Shown piece after piece: positions 1-6,717 of a stretch of DNA of 12,749 nucleotides. This DNA is from a bacterium (GTDB lineage: Bacteria > Hinthialibacterota > Hinthialibacteria > Hinthialibacterales > Hinthialibacteraceae), in NCBI GenBank assembly GCA_041946805.1, contig JBHGBC010000171.1, positions 1 to 12,749 on the forward strand, written 5' to 3'. The notes under the pieces are model-generated. The model saw nothing but the letters and a program-made list of their open reading frames with translations. It did not search any database and had not been told where the DNA came from. The translations under genes were made by a program, and so were the position numbers. Every line of letters starts with the position of its first letter. Position 1 is the first letter of the stretch.

Positions 1-140
1 AAGCGCTCGTAGGCCCGTTTCCCCAAGCGTTCCTGCTTGTACTGCTCCACCGGAGAGGCAGCCTCCTCCGCCTTCGCCCCCATACCCGCAACCAGAATGA
101 CCGCAACCAGCCGCGCCATGAAACTGGAGTTGTTCATCAT
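1..140 (-). CDS. 5' part of an exported protein of unknown function (runs off the left edge)
   Basis: Not in the ORF track. Hand translation from ATG at 140 (or 137) gives MMNNSSFMARLVAVILVAGMGAKA|EEAASPVEQYKQERLGKRAYER..., open to position 1. It has a hydrophobic core and an AxA cleavage site, and a purine-rich GGGGTGAAGG lies directly upstream. Confidence 0.7.
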   Translation of the reverse strand, partial: MMNNSSFMARLVAVILVAGMGAKAEEAASPVEQYKQERLGKRAYER

Positions 141-162
141 CCTTCACCCCATCGATCAAGCG

Positions 163-177
163 AATAATGGTATTATT
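163..177. promoter_or_regulatory. AATAAT-N3-ATTATT palindrome in an AT-rich divergent promoter region
   Basis: AATAAT(163-168) GGT ATTATT(172-177) lies between two divergent genes. The same core occurs at 6432-6446. Confidence 0.3.
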
Positions 178-396
178 GAAGGGATATATATCATAAAAAA
201 AATAAAAATCAACTCCAAAAATAAATAATTTAAAATGTTTTATATATACAGTATATTTATCAAAATAATCAACAATCCTGCATCCTGACGCATCCAGCCG
301 CCTGTCCCACTTGAACGGCTTCCCCCGGCCTTGATTCATCCCCCCGGTTTTTATACGGTCATTACCGGAACGATACCTGAAATCGGGGAGGTCAGG

Positions 397-2280
397 ATGA
401 AACGATTCGGATGCTTGGTGCTTCTGATGGCGGCCGGTTCCCTGCTGTACGCGGAGCCGGTGGCGGATCCCGGACCGCGCGGCGTGGACTGGGACGGCGT
501 GAAGGAGAAGATCGCGCGGCAGCCCTGGGCGGCCCGTATCGTGGACCGCATGCGCGAGAGCGTGCGGGAAACCCAATCGCGGTACGCGGAACCGCCGCTC
601 GGCCTCTCCGGCTGGACGCACGAATATTACTGCGACGACGACGCGCGGCGGCTGCGGTTCGATCCCCAAAAGCCCACGGAGCATGTCTGCACCGGGTGCG
701 GGAAGGTCTATACCGGTTCGCCCTACGATGAATGCTGGCGCTCGATCGTGCATAACGAAATCGCGGGGGCAATGGCCCAGGCGGCGGTGCTGTACCGCCT
801 CGAGGGGAATCCCGGACACTTGGACTATGTCAGAAAAATGCTCCTGTGGTACGCGGAGCATTTCGAGCAGTTTGAAATCCACGGCGAGCACGCCGGGAAG
901 GGGCGCGTCGGCCCGCAATCGCTGGATGAGGCGGTGCTGCTGGTGCGGTGGGCGCAGGCGTATTGGGATATCTGTCCCCAGCTGTCGCCGGACGAGCGGT
1001 CCGCCATCGCCGGCAAGTTTCTGGTTCCCGATGCGCAATTCGTCCATGCGCAGACACGGTCGATCCACAACATCCCCAGCTGGCACAACGCGGCGCTGGG
1101 GCTGGTGGGCTTCGCGGCGGGGGACATGGAGCTCGTCCGCGCGGCCATCGGCGGCGAGTTCGGGATGAAGAACCAGATCCAAAAAGGCGTGAAGGAAGAC
1201 GGATTCTGGTTCGAGGGATCGATCAGTTATCACTTCTATACGATCAGCTCGCTGCAGCCGTTGTACCTCGCGGCGCGCGGGCAGAAATATCCGCTGGAGG
1301 GGACGGAAAAGTTCCAACGCATGTACACCGCGCCGGCGCGCTTCATTTTCGCCAACGGCGAGTTCCCCGCCAACAACGACGGCTGGCCGGGGCAATCGCT
1401 GACGAACGACGGCTCGTTCTATGAAACCGCCTGCGGCCTTTGGGACGATCCCGTCCTGTTGCAGGCGCTGGCGTGGATCTGCCAAGACCAGCCGCGCGAC
1501 TCGATGGAAGCGTTGCTCTACGGCCCCGCCGAACTTCCCCCCGCGCAGCCGCTGCCGGCCGCCAGCCATCATTTCGAGGATTCGGGCGTGGCGTTTCTGC
1601 GCAATCCTCAGATCAACGCGTACTTCAAATACGGGCCGTACGGCGGCGGGCACGATCACCTCGACCGGCTGAACGTGATCCTGTACGGCCTGGACCGCGT
1701 GCTCATGCCCGACCTGGGCACTTCCGGTTACGGCATTCCCCTCAATGCCTGGTTCCGTTCCCCCGCCGCGCACAATCTGCTGGTGGTGGATGGGAAACGG
1801 CAGGCGCGCTGCGGAGGCTACTTGATCGCGTACGAGGAGAACCGCGTCGCAGCGGGCGTGAAGGAAGCCTACGAGGGCGTGGACATTCAGCGCCAGGTCA
1901 CCTTGCTGGAAAACGGGATCGAAGACCGGGTGACGGCGGCATCCGAAGATACGCACCAATATGATCTGTTCTATCACGTGCGGGGAAAAATCCAGGATTG
2001 CAGTGTTTCCTTGACGAAAAGCGATCAGCCCCTGGAAGGCGAGGGGTACAACTACCTGCGCGATGTGCAACGGGGGAAAAGCGAGGGAACCGTGAAAATC
2101 ACTTGGACCTTGCGCGACACGCCGGGCGCGCTGACGCTGGAATGCCGGCCGGACCAGCCGTTCGAGATCTTCACGGGAACCTGCCCGGACAATCCCGCCG
2201 ACCTGGATTTGGGATTCGTCTTGTTGCGCGTGAACGGTAAATTGGCGGAATGGAAGAACCGCGTCCAGGTGGAGAAGTAA
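397..2280 (+). CDS. Secreted polysaccharide lyase: alginate-lyase-type alpha/alpha domain plus heparinase II/III-like domain (oligo-alginate lyase, PL17/PL15-like)
   Basis: Start is better placed at ATG 397 (GGGGAGG SD at 385-391; signal peptide MKRFGCLVLLMAAGSLLYA). Motifs QSLDEA, IHNIPSW, DGFWFEGSISYHFY, PANNDG, GGGHDHLDRL, PDLG.SGYG and AHNLLVVDG are typical of this architecture. Substrate is not determinable from sequence alone. Confidence 0.85.
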   Translation: MKRFGCLVLLMAAGSLLYAEPVADPGPRGVDWDGVKEKIARQPWAARIVDRMRESVRETQSRYAEPPLGLSGWTHEYYCDDDARRLRFDPQKPTEHVCTGCGKVYTGSPYDECWRSIVHNEIAGAMAQAAVLYRLEGNPGHLDYVRKMLLWYAEHFEQFEIHGEHAGKGRVGPQSLDEAVLLVRWAQAYWDICPQLSPDERSAIAGKFLVPDAQFVHAQTRSIHNIPSWHNAALGLVGFAAGDMELVRAAIGGEFGMKNQIQKGVKEDGFWFEGSISYHFYTISSLQPLYLAARGQKYPLEGTEKFQRMYTAPARFIFANGEFPANNDGWPGQSLTNDGSFYETACGLWDDPVLLQALAWICQDQPRDSMEALLYGPAELPPAQPLPAASHHFEDSGVAFLRNPQINAYFKYGPYGGGHDHLDRLNVILYGLDRVLMPDLGTSGYGIPLNAWFRSPAAHNLLVVDGKRQARCGGYLIAYEENRVAAGVKEAYEGVDIQRQVTLLENGIEDRVTAASEDTHQYDLFYHVRGKIQDCSVSLTKSDQPLEGEGYNYLRDVQRGKSEGTVKITWTLRDTPGALTLECRPDQPFEIFTGTCPDNPADLDLGFVLLRVNGKLAEWKNRVQVEK

Positions 2281-2396
2281 ACATACATCGAATACGGAAT
2301 ATGGCATACTTGGATTAATCTAGGGTAACAATTCACGCGAATGTATAACTTTTTAATGCTATATTCGGGATATGAGTATGGATGGGACCGCTAAAC

Positions 2397-2449
2397 CATT
2401 CCCTCTCCCTCTGGGAGTGGATCAAGGTGAGGGAATGCCCTGAAAGGGC
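2397..2449. repeat. BoxC/REP-like palindromic element followed by a GCCCTGAAAGGGC hairpin
   Basis: CATTCCCTC(2397-2405) pairs with GAGGGAATG(2429-2437) and encloses an inner CTCCC-TCT-GGGAG stem. GCCCT-GAA-AGGGC follows at 2437-2449. Segment 2401-2435 matches 9152-9185 at 28 of 35 aligned positions. Confidence 0.65.
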
Positions 2450-2582
2450 GCAAATCCTACTATCGGCGCAACCGGGCAATCAGTTCTCGGAGGTTATTTT
2501 GGCTATTTGAAAAAACGCAACAGCCCCGAATCCAGGCAGCGAAACGGATTGATTCGGATTTCATTTTCATCATGATAAGACC

Positions 2583-3599
2583 ATGACAAAAATTCTCATC
2601 ACGGGCGCCACCGGCTATTTAGGCGGGGCGATTCTCCAGGAAGCCCACCGCCAGGGGTATGACCTCCGCGCGTTGTGCCGCCGGGAGCCGGAACCGGGAA
2701 CGTTTCCGGACCGCATGGAAGTCTGCTTGGGGGATATCAATGATCTCTCCTCTTTGACCGGGGCGGTATCTGGTTGCGAGGCGGTGATCCACACGGCGGG
2801 CCTTGTTTCCATCTGGCGGCGCGATCCAGCGGATTTTTACCGGGTTAACGTGGAAGGGACCGAAAACATCCTGCGGGCGGCGGGAGAGAAGCAAATACGG
2901 GTGGTGTATACCTCGTCGTTCTTCGCCCTGGGGCCGACCGGCGCGTCTCCCGCCAATGAAACCTGGTTGAATACGGAGATCCTTCCCCCTACGCACTACG
3001 CCCGCAGCAAGGCGCTGGCCCTGCAGCGGGTGAAATCCTGGATTGCGGCGGGACACGGCATCGTGCCGGTCTATCCGGCGTTGATCTACGGGCCGGGCAA
3101 AGCCACGCAGGGCAACCACATCACCCAAATGATCGCCGATTTCGTCCACCGGCGCGTTCCTGGAATCCTGGGAACCGGGGATAAGCGCTGGACTTTTTCG
3201 TATGTCCAGGACGTGGCGCGGGGGCATCTGCTGGCGTTGGAAAAGGGGGAAGCGGGGGAAGGGTACATCCTGGGGGGCGAGGACGCGAGCCTGGTGGAGT
3301 TTTTGGAACTCTTGGAGGCGGTCACCGGGGTGAAGCGGCCCCGCCGCCGGATTCCCTTCGCGGCGGCCCAGGCGCTGGCCTGGATGGAAGAAATCCGCGC
3401 GCGGTGGTCCCGCCATTACATTCCCCGGCTGACCCGCGAGATGGTGGATGTGTACCAATACCACTGGCGGTATTCCTCGCAAAAGGCCATCACCCAGTTG
3501 GGATACACCCGCACGCCGCTTAAGGTGGGTATCCTCAAAACGCTCGAATCGCTCGGCCTGGCCCCCCCCGGAAGAAAGAAACACGATATTGTAGTTTGA
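2583..3599 (+). CDS. NAD-dependent epimerase/dehydratase (extended SDR; HpnA/dihydroflavonol-reductase-like subgroup)
   Basis: Rossmann motif ILITGATGYLG, GDI.D, VIHTAG, VNVEGT.N, YTSS, catalytic YARSK, YGPG, DVARGHLLALEKG.GE.YILGG and C-terminal SS.KA..LGY. Confidence 0.9.
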   Translation: MTKILITGATGYLGGAILQEAHRQGYDLRALCRREPEPGTFPDRMEVCLGDINDLSSLTGAVSGCEAVIHTAGLVSIWRRDPADFYRVNVEGTENILRAAGEKQIRVVYTSSFFALGPTGASPANETWLNTEILPPTHYARSKALALQRVKSWIAAGHGIVPVYPALIYGPGKATQGNHITQMIADFVHRRVPGILGTGDKRWTFSYVQDVARGHLLALEKGEAGEGYILGGEDASLVEFLELLEAVTGVKRPRRRIPFAAAQALAWMEEIRARWSRHYIPRLTREMVDVYQYHWRYSSQKAITQLGYTRTPLKVGILKTLESLGLAPPGRKKHDIVV

Positions 3600-3659
3600 A
3601 TGGATCAGCCCCACTTTTGTTGGGTATGAGCCCAATTTTCTTAAACCGGATGGCATTGA

Positions 3660-4646
3660 TTAATAGGGACCCCAATCATTTTCTTCCATCTGCTTTCGCA
3701 ATTCTCTCACGTTCACATCAGCCGGTAATTTCATCAATTGGCGCAATCTCTCATCTTGCTTGAATTCTTCATCCGGATCGCAGGGATCGATCGAGGGATA
3801 TCTCCAAATGTATCTCCAATTCAATCCTTTTTCTTTGATGCAAAGCACTTGCTCCCGTATGGATTCCTCGCATTCCGAAAGCCATTCTGGATTGATATAC
3901 TCCGGATCGAGAGTATTGATAAACGAGGCGGCGCGCAGACGAATATCGTTTCTCAAGTCTCGACGGATCACCGTATCACGGAGCAGCGGCAAGCTGATGC
4001 CGGGATTGGTGAGTATGGCATGCGCCGCAGGCCAGAAATGCAACCTTTTTTCGGGAGGAAGCGGATGATCGGGTTGCGTAATGACTTGACTCCAACCTGC
4101 AATATATCCCCGGTAACCAAAAGCGAGATAAGTATCGCCCACGTAAATGTTCGCGCATTCGAGAAAGGGCACAATATCCGGTATGTATTGGAACTGGCTG
4201 CAAATCATAAATACCGCCATCAAGGGAATGGTATCGACTTCCGGCTCCTTGGATGCAAATGCCTGGCCGTTCATGGTGCCTTGCAGAGGAAGATTTTTCA
4301 TTTTGGCATAATTCTCTCGAATCAGTTTCTCCAAAAATTCCTCTCGACGGCCAGAAGCCAGGTCACCCGCCTCATAACAACGAGAGATAGCGATTCCCAT
4401 GGCTCCTAGATAGGTACTGTAGGTCCCCCGGATGAGAGCTGCATTTTTCTCATCGATACCATCCAGGTCAAAAGGAAAACCCATGACCTGTTCGATAATC
4501 GCCCAATTCGCGATGCCGGCTTTCGAATATTGCGGGGAATTAAATACCGATTCCGCGGAAGGTTCGTCAGATTCTGTCGATGATATTGAATAGACGACTC
4601 CGCAAATAAGAACAAATCCAGAAATTAAATAAACAAATTTTTTCAT
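3660..4646 (-). CDS. Exported hypothetical protein, C-terminal part possibly helical/HEAT-like
   Basis: 328-aa ORF with a strong SD (AAGGAGA, 4660-4654) and signal peptide MKKFVYLISGFVLICGVVYS. The segment WPAAHAIL..PGISLPLL...IRLRAASFI resembles HEAT-type helical hairpins. More AT-rich than the flanking genes. Confidence 0.8.
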   Translation of the reverse strand: MKKFVYLISGFVLICGVVYSISSTESDEPSAESVFNSPQYSKAGIANWAIIEQVMGFPFDLDGIDEKNAALIRGTYSTYLGAMGIAISRCYEAGDLASGRREEFLEKLIRENYAKMKNLPLQGTMNGQAFASKEPEVDTIPLMAVFMICSQFQYIPDIVPFLECANIYVGDTYLAFGYRGYIAGWSQVITQPDHPLPPEKRLHFWPAAHAILTNPGISLPLLRDTVIRRDLRNDIRLRAASFINTLDPEYINPEWLSECEESIREQVLCIKEKGLNWRYIWRYPSIDPCDPDEEFKQDERLRQLMKLPADVNVRELRKQMEENDWGPY

Positions 4647-4683
4647 TTTAATATCTCCTTTTTTAATTTACTCAAATATAACA

Positions 4684-5565
4684 CTAGGGAGTTGGTGGAG
4701 TTGTCCAATCAGGAATATCAATATGATTAACTCCGAATTTAGAATCCCCGGAATAATTACTTGCACATGAATCGTTCAAATCCAATCTGGTCTTGACATG
4801 AAAATACCTGGCTGCCAGTTCAGTGTAGGGTTCTTCTTTCACAACTTGGATGATGAAGGTCAAGTATAAAACACATATATCCGGTTTTCTAGAATCATAC
4901 CATATCAGGATCGTGTCGATACCCGGATGATCGAATACATAAAATTGGCCATTGAATATACGTGATATCGTTGCATTTTAAAAAAGTGTAATCAACATAA
5001 TATCGATGATCATAAGATGGAATTTTATGTACAGTGTGCATTTTCCCGCTTGGATAATATAGTCCATCCAGCACCCACGTATTCCAATCTGTTGGATACT
5101 CAGAATATATGCCATCATTCATGACTTCAGTTCCATCAAAACGCCAACATTTAGTCTCCCTTTCATCCAAACAAGCTGTGCTACACCCGTGGAACTGTTT
5201 ATTAAATCTATGGCTGATTGATTATTGGGTATAGCCACTGTATCGAAACCATAACCCCAATTATAAAAATCAACGGCGGGATATCCGATTTTCCCCTGAA
5301 ACATATACGATTTGCCGCGTTTCGGAGGATTCATTTGAATCATGTTGCAGGCACCTTCCCAAAAACCGCCCGCAAAATCTAATCTTTTTAGACCATTTCC
5401 TAATTCGAGAGTGAAAATAGAGTCATTGGAATCCCATTCACCTGAATATTTAAGTGCAACTGAAAAATCAGCCTCTTCCGAATAGGATATTGTAGAATAA
5501 ACAAATATGGTAAATAAAAATATTATAAAAGCAATAAAATATTCAGCAGATGCGTTTGTATCCAT
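4684..5565 (-). pseudogene. Exported protein gene (~293 aa if repaired) interrupted by two compensating frameshifts (-1 then +1), or two sequencing indels
   Basis: Frame A runs from ATG 5565 (signal/TM YFIAFIIFLFTIFVYSTISYS) to TGA 5119. Frame B (-1) is open 5221-4895. Frame A reopens at 4977 for 97 codons (NATISRIFNGQFYVFDHPG...DWTTPPTP) to TAG 4686-4684, about 24 nt before the SD of the next gene. The third segment is absent from the ORF track. Confidence 0.7.
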
Positions 5566-5589
5566 TTTCCTGCTTCGTATTTGATCCAA

Positions 5590-5712
5590 TTAAAGGAACC
5601 TTAGAAAAAAAGAATTTGACATTACTTTCAGACGATTATTTCTCGAGCACCAACAAGTGACCCAAATGGGACAATGAGTCCATCCCGCGGAGGGACTTTT
5701 TTCAATGATCAA
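5590..5712 (-). CDS. Candidate 40-aa small ORF (Cys/Trp-rich)
   Basis: Perfect SD AAAGGAGGT (5725-5717) lies 4 nt before TTG 5712. Translation MIIEKSPSAGWTHCPIWVTCWCSRNNRLKVMSNSFFLRFL ends at TAA 5592-5590, in the same frame as the downstream gene. Confidence 0.35.
   Translation of the reverse strand: MIIEKSPSAGWTHCPIWVTCWCSRNNRLKVMSNSFFLRFL
5677..5702 (+). terminator. Hairpin plus T-run, intrinsic-terminator-like on the + (antisense) strand
   Basis: AGTCC-a-TCC[CGC]GGA-g-GGACT followed by T6 (5697-5702). Confidence 0.3.
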
Positions 5713-5725
5713 CAGTACCTCCTTT

Positions 5726-5760
5726 ACTTATGAAACACATCAGCCCTATCGAAAGTCGAA
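5726..5760 (-). promoter_or_regulatory. Putative ECF-type promoter immediately after the sigma-factor stop codon
   Basis: Minus strand reads ttcGACT-N16-TGTTTcataagt-AAAGGAGG. Spacing and shape resemble ECF promoters (AAC-N16/17-CGT.T), but both boxes are variant. Confidence 0.3.
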
Positions 5761-5767
5761 AAAAAAT

Positions 5768-6376
5768 TCAACTATTTTTCAGTATCCCCCGCAATTTTCT
5801 CCGGGCTTGAAAGGCCTTGTCCCTTACCGCCTTTTCCTTCATCCCCAATTTTTTCGCGATTTGCGCGTAAGGGATTCCGTTCACGTAATGATCGATCAAA
5901 ATCAATTGATCGATTTTGTGAAGATGGCTCAACAACCGTTTGGATCGGTCATGGTCCTCCATCCGGCCTAGCATCGACGAAGTCTCTTGCCAGTTGGTGA
6001 ATTCACGATGCCTAGCAAAGAAATCCTCTTGATTGGTGATCCATTTGTTCCGTTTCATATGATTGATGCAACGATTCAGTACAATTTTATATAGCCACGT
6101 ACGGAAGCGGGCACGGGGGCGGTACCGGTCCGCGGCTTTCCATATATTCAGGAAAACGTCCTGCGTGATATCCTGGGCTATGGTTTCATTCCCGGTAAAG
6201 CAGCGAGCCAACGAGCACGTATACCTCAGATGATGATTGTATAGAATAGCGAATGAAAACCGATCCCCTTTCCCGATCCGAATCATGAGTTCTTCATCCG
6301 TGACCTTCTCCCCATCTTGCACAGGGTCATCCGTTTGATCCTTCGGCTTGGCTGAATATCCCGAGTTGAACACCAC
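5768..6376 (-). CDS. ECF (sigma-70 group IV) RNA polymerase sigma factor
   Basis: Region 2: TDEELM...GD..SF..LY...AQDITQDVFLNIW..ADRY...ARFRTWLYKIVLNRCIN..KR. Region 4 HTH: LILIDHYVNGIPYAQIAKKLGM....VR.....ARRKLR. Likely start GTG 6376 with GGAGG at 6390-6386; the ORF track start at 6424 is a TTG without an obvious SD. Confidence 0.92.
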   Translation of the reverse strand: MVFNSGYSAKPKDQTDDPVQDGEKVTDEELMIRIGKGDRFSFAILYNHHLRYTCSLARCFTGNETIAQDITQDVFLNIWKAADRYRPRARFRTWLYKIVLNRCINHMKRNKWITNQEDFFARHREFTNWQETSSMLGRMEDHDRSKRLLSHLHKIDQLILIDHYVNGIPYAQIAKKLGMKEKAVRDKAFQARRKLRGILKNS

Positions 6377-6427
6377 ATCGACTGCCCTCCGCCGGGAAGT
6401 AGTGCAGGCTGTCAACCGATCCAAAAA

Positions 6428-6450
6428 ATCAAATAATCGAATTATTTGAT
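6428..6450. promoter_or_regulatory. Perfect 10-3-10 inverted repeat (candidate operator)
   Basis: ATCAAATAAT-CGA-ATTATTTGAT, about 50 nt upstream of the ECF start. Confidence 0.55.
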
Positions 6451-6462
6451 ATAATTAAAATG

Positions 6463-6480
6463 TTTTGATCTATATCAAAA
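6463..6480. promoter_or_regulatory. FNR/CRP-family consensus box TTGAT-N4-ATCAA
   Basis: TTTTGAT-CTAT-ATCAAAA. The core 6465-6478 is an exact match to the FNR consensus and lies in the ECF/rel divergent intergenic region. Confidence 0.5.
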
Positions 6481-6717
6481 AATATCGAATCAGAGGATAT
6501 TCGTCATTAAAATTTCAGTAATTATTTAATTTGATGAATAAGCGATATGGGATATAGCTGTTACGGAGGAAAGAAATTCCCCCTTCCCCTCTCCCCCGGC
6601 CCAGGATTGAATCATCCCCCTTCCCCCGTTATTCTGGAGGAGTGGCCCGCTCTCCGTCTCCGGGCAAAATCCGTGTAGAATAAAAAACTAGAGGCCCGGA
6701 GCGGGCGGAAGGAATCC

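Noticed and set aside
37..228. 63-aa + strand ORF
   Set aside because: Antisense to the better-supported signal-peptide gene (140 to 1) and runs into AT-rich promoter DNA.
236..251. Possible LexA/SOS box (...TATATATACAG)
   Set aside because: Only the right half matches CTGT-N8-ACAG; the left half reads TGTT.
331..396. TTG start for the lyase
   Set aside because: The SD and signal peptide fit ATG 397.
351..2336. Many alternative-frame and antisense ORFs within the lyase
   Set aside because: Arg/Pro/Ala-rich shadow frames expected in high-GC coding DNA.
2619..3656. 345-aa - strand ORF
   Set aside because: Antisense shadow of the SDR gene with no motifs.
3738..4409. 223-aa + strand ORF
   Set aside because: Antisense to the 328-aa gene, which has a strong SD and signal peptide.
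4976..4985. Programmed -1 frameshift at T-TTT-TTA
   Set aside because: The long downstream frame needs +1; the -1 frame closes after about 24 codons.
4978..5121. Stop-codon readthrough or recoding in frame A as an alternative to frameshifts
   Set aside because: Frame A is open between TGA 5119 and TAA 4980, but its Ile/Met-rich sequence looks like the +1 shadow of GAT/TAT codons in frame B. The two stops differ, and other genes here end normally in TGA and TAA.
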